DNA from: Octopus vulgaris
Lineage: Eukaryota
Length of the DNA: 64,000 bases
NCBI GenBank assembly: GCA_951406725.2
Contig: OX597814.1
Span: 49,476,001 to 49,540,000 of the forward strand
Direction: 5' to 3'
The position numbers and the translations under genes are program-made. The notes under the pieces are model-generated. The model was not told where the DNA came from. It did not search any database and worked only from the letters and a program-made list of their open reading frames with translations. Position 1 is the first letter of the stretch. The number at the start of each line of letters is the position of its first letter. Shown in pieces: positions 1-12,220 of this stretch.

Positions 1-544
1 CTCAAAAACAGCACCATTACTTTTCTATGCACTGCTGAACTAATCATAACCTTCAGTTGTTTCTTCTTTTCGGGAGAATTCTATCAGTGTGTCTGAATAT
101 GCTCTACCCATGCCAGTTAATTGGTTACCTTGAAGTCCAGAATTTATATTAGTTTGTTGGTTCCCAACTCAGAGTGATACAATCATTAATTATGTCAGTG
201 CCATCGTTCACTTCCTCTATTAATTTGTTGGACATCTCATATTCCAATGATTACCTTAACCTCTTCTCCGACTTTTAAAAATTCGTGGATTCCAACTCCT
301 ACCTTAATTTCTCTTTTTCTTCATCTCATCAAATCAGCTATCCCCTTATTTGCTTAAATTCTGAGGCTGAGTTTAACCAAATGCTCCACTTCTTTCTCTG
401 CCATCAAGTAGGTTGAGCTATTAATTGCACCTCTGTCCTCTTCTCCATACCTGTCCAACTGTAATGTCAGTTTTCATCTTTCATTATTAATTGATGCTGA
501 AATACCTTTAAAAAAATATCACCTTAAACATTATTATAAATTTA

Positions 545-633
545 AAGCTTGGCATAATCTTCGGACTTGCCAGCTTCTTTCAATCTGTCTAACCCATGCC
601 AGTATGGAAGGACATTAAATAATGATGATGATG
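545..633 (+). mobile_element. SINE 3' tail fragment (AACCCATGCCAGYATGGAA...TTAAA(TGA)n family)
   Basis: 'aacccatgccagtatggaaggacattaaataatgatgatgatg' matches tails at 14870-14915, 30180-30226, 33145-33183 and 51070-51115. Confidence 0.7.
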
Positions 634-1279
634 AATTTTACATTTAATATACATTAATAAAGGTATGTCTTAATTCAGTAAAATATAGAAACAATCTTCG
701 CTACCATATTTTCAACAGTATAAATGTACCATTTTAATTGGAAAATCTTGCTGACCACTACATTTATATATAGAGAATGATCAGAATAAAATGATAGTGC
801 ATTCTTTGAAAAAGTTATAAGAAACAACCTACAAAGCAATATATTTTAAGATTCTGCTTTAATGAGGTTGCATAATTTTCTACTCTCTATATATTCTCAT
901 ACAGAGTGAGTTTCACAAATACTGTATTAACTATTTGAATGTTCTAGTAGATACATTGTCATTCAGTGGAGTTTTGTCATGGTTTACTTAAGTATCATTT
1001 TGTCATATATCTATTTATGATGCTCACATATTATCCTCTCAAATAAATATGAACAGTACACAACTAGAAATGTTGAGGTTGTTACAACTGTTAGACCTCC
1101 TCATCACTCCTGCACATTTTCAATACAGTCAAAGATTTGTCTTCTTTTTCAAGACTAGAAAATACGAGCACAAATACAGCAAACATCCTAGTTCACATAG
1201 AAGTCATTCACCTGATTAGCAATGCTTCTATCAGTAACATATTACAACCATCAACTCTCTTAGCTACTTTAACGGGCTG

Positions 1280-1455
1280 TCATCATTATCATCATTTCAC
1301 ACCTGATTGTCCATGCTGAAATGGGTTGGATGAGTTGTCATCATCTAGCTTTGTTTTGTTTTTTTTCAGTGTCTAACTCATATGACCTACTCTGGGTTTT
1401 GTTTCTATTGTTAAATGCCCTTCCAAAACACAAACTACTACACTGTGGGTGTCAT
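1280..1455 (-). mobile_element. Degenerate SINE 3' part, same (GAT)n-tailed family
   Basis: (CAT)n, then 'ccatgctgaaatgggttggat' and 'aatgcccttcc': reverse complement of the family tail. Confidence 0.55.
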
Positions 1456-2459
1456 ATTCTAGGCATGACCAAAGAGTCCATTCTAGCCTACAGTGTTGCT
1501 ATTTAAACACCAGTTACTTTACAATGAGTACAAAGCATATTTTGTTATTGAATCAACATTTGAGAAGTTACTCTGTTCCCTGCTAGACTTTCTTTCTTTT
1601 CTACGTAGTCTCAGTTTTTTACCGGCATGTGACAAAGTATAAACAAAGGGGCAGTGATAACCAAGAATGTGAAAGAGTATGTATATGTGATGAAAGAAAC
1701 AGAGAACAGTAGGGGAAAAAAATGATGGCTACATGTAAAAGGTTGAAAAGAAAAATATGACTAACTTGATGGCATAGCAACAAAGATAATGTATCATAGT
1801 AGAAGAAAGTGATGATAACATAACAAAGATGGTAGTTAGTGAGAGTAAAAGAGACAGTGGTATGTCTAAAAACATCAGGATGTTTCTTACAGATATTGCA
1901 ACCTTCTGAAGTACATCACATATCCATTTTTTCTTTTAAACATTAAGCTATAATTATTCAAGCTAAACATCAATCTTACCAGTCAAGATGTAAAACTACA
2001 GGTAACCATATTTTTAGTGAGACAACTACAAGAAAAAGTTTCAGTAAATACCATCCCAGTCTACTTAACATTTATCAATCTGTAGAATATTTCTGTAGCA
2101 GAGAGTATGAAATCCCAGTACTGTCTTACATGTTGCTTGCTCAACATGTAAGAAAAGAGGTAGGAGTTTGATACTGTGTACAGAGAAAGGTATACAAAAT
2201 ATATAGGAATAATATGGCAAATTGAGAGAGGATAGGTACTTCAAATGCTTGAAATGTAAATGAGTAATTAACAGTAACACACACATTAAATATACTGCTA
2301 ATCAAATACTGTGCATATAAAAGATATAATGGAATCTCAGAAAGATCGCCAGTATTGAATAATGAACTTGACAGTAGAGTGATGAAATCCAAAAAAACAA
2401 ATTAATTTATTTTAAAATATATAATTTGTAGAAAACATCTGACTAGAGATATTGTACAT

Positions 2460-3458
2460 TTATGGTTTCTCTCCTGTGTGGGTACGTTTATGTTTAGTTA
2501 AATTATCACTTCGAGAAAATGTTTCATCACAGATATCACAGTGGTATGGCTTTTCACCTGTATGAATACGTTTGTGTCGAGCAAAATGACTGTTTTGTGA
2601 GAATGTTTTACCACAAATATCACAGTGGTATGGTCTTACTCCTGTGTGAATACGAACGTGGCGAGACAAATTAGCGCTTCCGGAACATGTTTTACCACAA
2701 ATATCACAGTCATAAGGTCTCTCTTCTGTGTGAATGCGTTTGTGACGAGTCAACTCAAAACTCCCAGAGTATGTCTTACCACAAATATCACAGTAATACG
2801 GTCTTTTTCCTGTGTGAATGCGTTTATGGGAAGCTAAAGTACTAGATATGGAGAATGATTTGCCACAGACATCACAATGATATGGTTTTTCCCCTGTATG
2901 AATACGTTTATGGGTCACTAAATTACTGGTTACAGAGAATGCCTTACCACAGACATCACAACGGTATGGTTTCTCTCTGGTGTGAGTGCGTTTGTGGGCA
3001 ACTAAGTGACCATTCTCAGAAAAAGCTTTACCGCAGTCATCACAATGGTATGGTTTCTCTCCTGTGTGAACACGTATGTGTCGAGAGAAACTATCTTTCT
3101 GGGAGAAATTTTTACCACAAATATCACAGTGGTATGGTTTTCTTCCTGTATGAATATGTTTGTGTCGAGAGAAATTACTACTTTGAGAGAATGATTTACC
3201 ACAAATATCACAGTGGTATGGTTTCTCACCTGTGGGAATACACTCATGGGAAGCTAAAGAACTACTTTCTGAGAATATTTTACCACAGATATCACAGGAG
3301 TGAATTTCTTTTCCTGCATCAGCACATTTATGGCAGGACAACAAATTACTTGTAGTGAATAACTTTCCACATTTATCACAAGGGTGTGGTTTCACTTCTG
3401 CATTTTCCTGTGTCTGATTAGATGACTCAGTAGTTTCATGTTCTGATTTTTCATCCAT
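2460..3458 (-). CDS. C2H2 zinc-finger protein, 332 aa, single coding exon; 9 canonical fingers plus 2 degenerate N-terminal fingers
   Basis: Intact ORF with repeated CxxC-x12-HxxxH and TGEKPY linkers; no KRAB/SCAN/BTB domain visible. Confidence 0.93.
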   Translation of the reverse strand: MDEKSEHETTESSNQTQENAEVKPHPCDKCGKLFTTSNLLSCHKCADAGKEIHSCDICGKIFSESSSLASHECIPTGEKPYHCDICGKSFSQSSNFSRHKHIHTGRKPYHCDICGKNFSQKDSFSRHIRVHTGEKPYHCDDCGKAFSENGHLVAHKRTHTREKPYRCDVCGKAFSVTSNLVTHKRIHTGEKPYHCDVCGKSFSISSTLASHKRIHTGKRPYYCDICGKTYSGSFELTRHKRIHTEERPYDCDICGKTCSGSANLSRHVRIHTGVRPYHCDICGKTFSQNSHFARHKRIHTGEKPYHCDICDETFSRSDNLTKHKRTHTGEKP

Positions 3459-3861
3459 TATTTTCTTTTTAATCTATATTGTTTGTGTATGATTGTCTTT
3501 GCTCAACTCTAACAGTATCCAGTCTTAAGAAAGAACTTCAAGTGGATTTATTTGAATGGAACCTTGACATTAAAAACCAACAACTAAATGGTTATTTATC
3601 TCTAGTTAACCATCATATCTAGATATCAAAGTCATTACATGAGCGAAGTAAAGCTTCATGGTAAATCTCCAATGTTTAATAAGTAGATAGAATCTTCTGG
3701 TAGAAATTTGTAAAAGAATTCTTGCAATTTTTCACACCCATTCAGCCAAGAATTGTAGATACTTGCTGACTTCAGCTTGAAGTTAATTTCAGTTTCCTGT
3801 AGTTGTTAAATGTGTTGATAATGTTTCGTAAAATATTTTTATTTCAATGTCATCTGATAAC
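3459..3861 (-). other. 5' UTR part of the ZNF terminal exon (acceptor ttattgcag| at 3864-3862)
   Basis: The same acceptor context 'catctgataacctg' recurs in the paralog at 12674-12687. Confidence 0.65.
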
Positions 3862-5413
3862 CTGCAATAAAAGACAACAAAAGATATATGGAACAATGAA
3901 GAGTTTAACATGGAGATTATTGAAGTGAAGATATTGAGTACATGTACCGAAATCTATGACAACCAAAACAAGTCAGAACATATTTACATAGAGAAGAAAC
4001 TTTGATATATAGATGCAGTGGAAATGAATAGCAAAGATCGAGGGTGTAGATCTTGGAATGATTGAGTCTAGTGACCACTGGTCACAATACTGAAGTATGT
4101 TACTACAGCTATTTAACCCTTTTGTTACCATATTTCTGTCAATTTCTCGTGAAATACACTGCTTTGTTTAAAATTCTTAAAATAATGATTAAGCTGGCAT
4201 TTGGAACATAAATGAGCATAAAATTTTGAAGGAAGATTTTAATTTAAACCCCTATAAACAAGACGTTAGGATCACACAAATATTAAAAGATCAGTATCCA
4301 ATAATCACACATTATCACAATATATCATCTATGATAATAGATTTTGTCTTCCCACTTGTATTTACAGTATCATTAGTCAATCGAATTGCAGGTTGCCACC
4401 TGAAGGGTTAAGCCGAAATGTAGCAGAACCAGAGTCACAACAACAAATTAATGCACTGCACAGTGACTAGAACTCCACTGGCTTAACCCTGAAACAATCG
4501 GTGTCTGTCTTGACAGAAAATAGTAAGGCTTTGCACTGATGTACAAACCAACCAAGCAAGAATTACCAATTACCTTTAGGATCTCAGGTACTGATGGTAT
4601 ACAATAGTAAAGTAGATGTTTCGTAATATGTGCTTACCCAAAGTGTGTTACCTCGCAACGACAGACTATCATCACCCAGGGCAAATACCATCGATGGCTA
4701 CCTGTATGCACTTATACGGAATGATTATTCATATAGCAATGTTGATGGCTAAGACTAATTCCATCGTTTTTCCATGTCAGTAGACACCTGATTGTCGGTT
4801 TTGTTTTCTTTTTGCTTAGCAAGGCATCTAATTCTTCTTTTCTAGTCAAGAGAGAAGGCAATGTCCATGACTCTTTAGAAGGCTTCGAAGACTAGTAGGA
4901 TGTAAAGAGGGGAGTATCCTGAAACTCTAAACCTAGCTAGAACGCTTACAACAGAGAGAGAACTCTTAAACACACTCAAGGAACCAGGTGATATTAGACG
5001 GCGACAGATTAAGTTTTTTTCTTTTCTTTTTTTTTTAGTAAGAAGAAAATGTCAACAAACGAATGAAAAACATTTATTAGCGTGACGATGCCAACGGCTG
5101 CTGTGACAGCACCTTGAGACAAAGAGAGAAAATACCGATATTAATATCATACCAACATATCACCAACACTTTTATCCTTTTGTTTATCTTTACAACGTAA
5201 ATCACTGATATTATTTAAATAATAGATGAGGACCAAATGAATTACAAAATATGAAACAAAATACATTTTAGAAAACTTGATTAACTATAAAGAGACAAAA
5301 AAAAAAACAGGATCTGGTAGCGAGCGGGAATGATGAAAATGGAGTAAAAATGCAAATATACAATACTAAGTTTCTAATAAAAGAAATACTTAAAATATTT
5401 TAATAATACTTAC

Positions 5414-5680
5414 ATAATAATGTAGTTAAAAGATAAATAATGTGAGCAGTGTTGAAGTAGCTAGACTTGCAAATTGATGAGAATATCGAGAAATTTAACC
5501 AATTCCTTCAGGTACCACTTACAAGATATAGCTATTTCCTTTTGACTTATGAACAATCTTTTATTTTAACTAGAGCAGTTAATTAATTTGTTATTATTAA
5601 AGCAGTTTAAAGAGAAAGCAATAAAACTACAAATGTTTAAAGATTTAGCAGCGGGTGACATAGCGGAAGTGACATTGAAC
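5414..5680 (-). other. Probable non-coding first exon of ZNF copy 1 (donor GTAAGT at 5413-5408); 5' end approximate
   Basis: Donor and exon sequence align by eye with the paralogous region 16702-16950 (donor GTGAGT at 16701-16696). Confidence 0.55.
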
Positions 5681-5723
5681 ATAGGGGAAGAATTCAACTC
5701 TAATCAGTAGAGAGTGTTACAAC
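5662..5723. promoter_or_regulatory. Putative ZNF promoter: ETS-like CGGAAGTG plus a 26-bp motif shared with the paralog
   Basis: ctctaatcagtagagagtgttacaac (5698-5723) vs ctccaatcagtagagagtgctacaac (16963-16988), 24/26 identical. Confidence 0.5.
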
Positions 5724-5809
5724 AACAGAAATCTAACCAGGTGCATCAGGTCATTGTTTCCTGATAGAGTTTACCTTAGATTACATTAGCCTTTCGGTTT
5801 TTAAGACAA

Positions 5810-5917
5810 ATCTGGGCGAAAGTAAAGAATACGTACACCCGGCATTTAATGTTTAGGGTTAGGGTTTTTGTTATGCCGATAACGGGTGGTGTACGTATTC
5901 GTTACCTCCGCCCAAAT
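5810..5917. mobile_element. Small palindromic MITE-like element with internal (TTAGGG)2
   Basis: Arms gggcgaaagtaaagaatacgtacacc / ggtgtacgtattcgttacctccgccc; a related arm occurs at 63076-63104. Confidence 0.55.
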
Positions 5918-6004
5918 CGGTAATAGTTTTAAGTGGCTACGTAGGTTTCTTCATCACAGAGGTCAAATTTTTTTTATACTTTTCATCACGACTATTCTTG
6001 TCAT

Positions 6005-6925
6005 GGAGCTAATGCAGTTTCGCACCTCTCCTTGAAAAATGCATTTTTCTGAAAAAAATTTGGCAAGACTTCTTTTTGTACCCCACAAAAGACACCCCCG
6101 TTTTGTAATTTTATTTTTTTTCTACACACGTCTTCGGCTACGGAGAATACGAATCTGCAAAAAAAAAATTGGCAAAAATCGGCATTTTCAAATTACCCCT
6201 AAAGTCTTCATTTTTAACTTTTTGTTCAGAATTTTTTTTTCAAAATATGCGAGAAAATACGGAGATTATGATTCTGAGAAAAAAAGTGAAAAATTAAGAA
6301 ATTGGGGTGGGGGTGGGGAGAAATTAAAAATTTTTGATAATTTTCCGGAATTTCCATATCCGAAAACGTGGGTTTTTGGCAAATAAATAAATAAAAACAG
6401 CAAAAAAAATTTTTTTTTTTTTTTTTTAAATAATTTGCGAGAAAATGGTAGGCGGGGGGGGGGGGAAGTCTTTCCAAAAATTTTTCGGATTCCTACGAAG
6501 ATTACGAATATGCAAAAAATATATAAATAAATTTAAAACCCGCCCCATAATTTAAATTTTTGATTTTGTTTGCTCTAAAGAGATCAGAGCGAACTGAAGA
6601 ACATGTAAATCGAAATTAAATACATACAAAAACATTAAAGTGAAAAGAATTACGTTTTACTTGTGTTTGCCTTAAATAATATATTTGGCAACTAAATGTG
6701 GCGGTCCTATAGAAGACGGTGTTACTATGGTCTTTGCCCCAGGAAGACATATCTATCCATCTCTTTATACATATATCTATATGATTATTGAATTAAAAAT
6801 TTTGAAAACGTGGTTTCTGACATATTCGGGATATATTCGTAATCTCCGTCATCTAAAAGATAGAGATGTAAAAACTTTTTTCAAAAATATGCATTTTTCA
6901 AGAAGTGCAAAACTGCATTAGTCCC
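6005..6925. mobile_element. Non-autonomous TIR DNA transposon, GG...CC ends, 8-bp TSD CTTGTCAT (Merlin- or MULE-like)
   Basis: ~55-bp imperfect TIRs (ggagctaatgcagtttcgcac... / ...gtgcaaaactgcattagtccc); TSD at 5997-6004 and 6926-6933; internal repeats of TACG(G/A)AGA(A/T)TA(C/T)GA. Confidence 0.8.
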
Positions 6926-7081
6926 CTTGTCATTTCTGACATTGATGTTGTTTTCCCCCCTATGCTGCCCTAGAACTCCACTAACGAATTACAAAATATG
7001 ACAAATTTATCTCTGCACAATTTTGTACAGCGTATGTTCTGATCGTGGTCCACTTTGGATCCACTGATTATTATAACCAGC

Positions 7082-7860
7082 CATTCCATCTCGTGCACAG
7101 ATTTTTCAATTAATTTTTTTTTAACTAAATACTTTGAAACTTTGGATACTGGTAGAATGTGTCACGTAGAACAGGGCTTACTCTTAACATTTTTGACAAA
7201 ATTTTATATTTTAGAAGTTATTTCATGTTAAAGTTGTTGTATTTGGGTAACTTTAACCAATCAATGATGTGTATTCAGCTGAAGAAAATTACTGCTGCTG
7301 TTTGCGAACAACAACTTCCGGGTCCATTGACAAAACGATGAATCTTTGACAACAAACTGAAAATTTCCCCTAACAAAGCCCTTTTTAACCAGCTGAATAC
7401 ACGTCATTGATTTGTTAAAATTACCCAAATATTTTTGTTTTGTTTGTTTTGTTTTTCCAGTTTCAGCTCTTGAGCTGTGGCCATGCTGGGGCACCGCCAT
7501 TGTGGTGAAAGAGTACAGCAGGGATCACCACCCCCTGCCGGAGCCTCGTAGGGCTTTTAGGTGTTTTCGCTCAATAAACACACACAACGCCTGGTCTGAG
7601 AATCGAAACCACGATCCTGCGACCGCGAGTCCGCTGCCCTAACCACTAGGCCATTGCGCCTCTACATGACAACTTTAACATGACAACTTTAACATGAAAT
7701 AACTGTCAAATTTTATGACAACTTTAACATGAAATAACTTCTAAAATACAAAATTTTGTCAAAATTGTTCTATGTGACACATTCTACCAGTATCCGAAGT
7801 TTCAAAGTGTTTAGTTTAAAAAAATTAACTACAAAATCTGTGCATGAAATGGAATAGATC
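7082..7860. mobile_element. Fold-back MITE (~200-bp arms) interrupted by a SINE
   Basis: Left arm 7082-7283 is the reverse complement of 7390-7432 plus 7666-7856; shares the ACACATTCTACCAGTATMCGAAGTTT motif with MITEs at 60.8-62.8 kb. Confidence 0.75.
7435..7665 (-). mobile_element. tRNA-derived SINE (5' part joined to a different SINE tail) nested in the MITE
   Basis: 7499-7665 nearly identical to 39464-39630; A box TGGCCTAGTGG, B box GTTTCGATTCTC. Confidence 0.8.
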
Positions 7861-8445
7861 TTCGGCAGATCCAATGATTGTTATAACCAGCCATTCATGT
7901 TACCAATTGTATATCATTGATCAAAAGAACATTATGGTCACCACAGAAAACTATTACTGGGATTAAGTATTGCATTTATCATGAAAGTTGTAGACATGTG
8001 CATCTTCCAGTAATACATGACAGTGAGGGATTAGCATTAAAAAACAACAAAAAAGACAATTAAGGAACTTTGGAAAGTGTCATTTATTTGTGTACAATAT
8101 TAACAATAACAAACCATTTAAATTTGATATAATTGATAATACTCCCTCTTTAAAATTTATATTTCGATAAAAAGGTATAGTTATACATTTCAGCAAATAG
8201 ATTACAAACAATTTCGCATATTTCTAAGTATTATTCATCCAATAACATTGTTAGGAAAGTTTGTAGGAGATTTCTTGTAATTCTTTTAGGATGCTTTGGT
8301 TCCAATAAGTTTTCTGTTTGTTGTGACTTAGGTGGCATTTTCGGGACTCGTGTGGTGTTTATATATAACAAAGTGAAGTTGTAAGATACCACAGGAGTGG
8401 AAATATATATGAAAGGTTTGAAAATGCAATTTTAAAAGGTGTTTA

Positions 8446-8493
8446 TTCACTTGACCGGTTTCACCTTTTTAGAAAAAGATTGTCAAAAGTAAA
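8446..8493 (-). ncRNA. Minimal type-I hammerhead-ribozyme-like motif (U3-A8 core variant), probably in a PLE terminal-repeat remnant
   Basis: Minus strand TTTACTT-TTGACAA-TCTTTTTCTAAAAAGGT-GAAAC-CG-GTC-AAGTGAA: stem I, core, stem II, palindromic stem III, GUC site. Confidence 0.6.
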
Positions 8494-9183
8494 ATGTAAA
8501 AGCTTGGTAAAAACTTTGTTGTGTTAAGTACTGGTTGTCACAAAATATTACAATACATATATACATTCTTTTGATAATAATAAGAAAAATGTTAAAACAG
8601 TTTACAAGGAAAAATCTTGAGAAAATATTAAAAAGTTCATAAAAAATATTATGATTTCATTAGAAATCATGTTTGTTAGGAAATATCTATATATATACAT
8701 AGAAAATTATAAGTTCAGAAAGGTCATATACAGAAGGAGATATATTTAGGAGTTTACAAAGAATTTGGGATAAACTGACCTGTTTTACCATTTTCTGTGA
8801 AGCTAAATAAAGGTTCATTACTATTTAAAGGGACAATGTGAGATGTTGGTTTGGGTGGGGAGAAGGAGGAGCAATGTGGAATTGAAAGGAAATTTTTGTT
8901 GTTTCGCTTTAGTCTTTCATGGTTCAGTGGTTTTTAGGACTGGTCTGAGAGGTCAGAATGCTCTGAGTGTGTGTGTGTATATATATATATATACATGTGT
9001 TTATGTCTCTGTGTGTTGACTGTTTTTGACTGGTCCCAGGGTTTATTGTGGTGTATGTAAATGTGTCTGTGTGTGTTTAATATTTGGTAGAATGGTGTGT
9101 GTATATGTGTGCGTGTATGTGTATGATTAATATTTGTTAGGGTGTTGTGTGTGCACAAGTGTGTGTAGATATATATATATACA

Positions 9184-10046
9184 CTAGCTGACATACCTAG
9201 TGATTCCCGGGGAAAGTGGTTCCTTTCTCATAACTGTTTTGCTAATCCAATAAGAATACAAAGTATGTAGACCTTGAAACAGTTTTTGTGCATTTACAGA
9301 GAATACCGAAGTGTCTTACACAGGATCTTGTTTTTAGAAATGCCCAATAAGGTATGAATACCCAAATTTTGAAGTCAGTTATGTAATAACATAAAATTAG
9401 TTACCCAATAGTGAGAATTCAAATAAAGTAGCGCCGAAAAAGGCTTTAATACATTCCCATAGTATATAGAATTTAGGAGGAAATACTAATAAGGTATGTA
9501 TACTAAAATCATGAAGCATGTTACGTAATAACAGGATAATCATATATGAGACAATAACAATTCAAAGTAAATAACTCTAAAAAGGGCTTTTGTGCATTCC
9601 CAGAGAATATTACCCTCAGCAGTGCTAGTGTTGGTATATTCGTGAATAAGTCACTAACTGAAATAAGTGGATCTATTGTTTAGGAAAATACTATTTACTT
9701 GTTTAAGGGTTGTACTGGATAAACTGCGAAAGTAACTATAAGAGTTCAAATACTCAATTTGATTTATACCAAACAATTTAGGAAAATGAATGGGTCATTT
9801 CCCTTGGCTGTTAAAATCTAGGTGAATAGGTTATTTCCCTCAGCTGTTAAAATGAAGTATATTAGATATATATATAAGGATCCCTTCCAGGGACCCTATT
9901 ATTGATATTTTTCAACAATCTGAGTATGCCATGAGGTTTCCAGACATGAGTTCTACTCCTGTCAAGTTTCATCAAAATTGATAAAATGATATAGGAGGAG
10001 TTAGCTAACAACTCCAGAGACAGAATTTCCCACATATGTAGTATAT
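9184..10046 (-). mobile_element. Non-autonomous Helitron
   Basis: Minus-strand 3' end CCCGGG...CAGCTAG|T; 5' ~170 bp (9875-10046) homologous to the TC-starting element at 21950-22143. Confidence 0.65.
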
Positions 10047-10624
10047 ATGAAATGGGAAGAGAGAATTAAATCTGTATTATTTCTTATACATTTGGGGTAG
10101 ATCACCCATCTACAGAATAAAAGTAGTTAAATTATTAAGAAACAAAAGAACTACTTTGTTCTTGGGGAAGTCATATGAAATAAGTAGAGAATATATTAAT
10201 TCTCTCTTTAAATAGTTAAAATCTCTGGACATTATTTCTTTTACAGTTTTCATATATTACAATACTACCACACACTTATACACATACACACAGAGATAAA
10301 GGTATGGATGACAGATAGGTGATAAAGGGATGTGTTGAGAGGGACATGAGATAGAGGGGCAAATAATACATATTACAATAAAGATTTGACACTATGCAGA
10401 TATTCATACATGCACACATATACATAATGAAATATACCTATCTGTATGTATGTGTGTATATATATGATTTTAGAAGAAAAGTCAGCATGCCAAAAATCAA
10501 AGAGACAATTAATAACTGAAAATAAGAAACCCCAGTGGCTTGCTCAACATTAAGAGAGAAGCAGCCAAAAGTTCAATACCAGATAAAAAAGCACACTTCA
10601 GATACTCTAGATACACAATACTGA

Positions 10625-10832
10625 TTTCAAATTTTGACACAAGACCATCAAGTTTGGGATGGGGAAGCTGATTACTTTGACTCCAGTGCTCAACTGGTAC
10701 TTACTTTATCAACTCTGAAAGAGTGAAAGGCAAAGTTGATCTTGGCAGAATTTGAACTCAGAATATAAAGATGGACAAAATGCTGCTAAACATTTTTTTA
10801 CCCAGCATGCTAACACTTCTACCAGCTTGCCA
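10625..10832 (-). mobile_element. tRNA-derived SINE with 'CTTTGCCTTTCAYCCTTT...GATAAA...AGTACCAG' core
   Basis: Reverse complement matches copies at 29728-29912 and 49726-49905. Confidence 0.7.
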
Positions 10833-10992
10833 CTTTACAGGCATAATTAATACTAATTGTGACATGAAATGCTAAGATGGTTAAATATTCAGTACATATA
10901 AAAGATGTAATAGGACCTCGAATAAACTAGAATACTGGACATTATCAGATATTATTTGCAAAAAAAAATATTTTACCACGGATATCACCTAG

Positions 10993-12220
<1,228 letters not shown>

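Noticed and set aside
1-470. LINE endonuclease remnant (minus strand)
   Set aside because: Resemblance too weak to call without alignment
2625-3355. Plus-strand and alternate-frame ORFs over the ZNF
   Set aside because: Shadow ORFs produced by the repetitive finger array
6039-6477. ORFs of 115 and 83 aa
   Set aside because: Low-complexity translations inside a non-autonomous transposon
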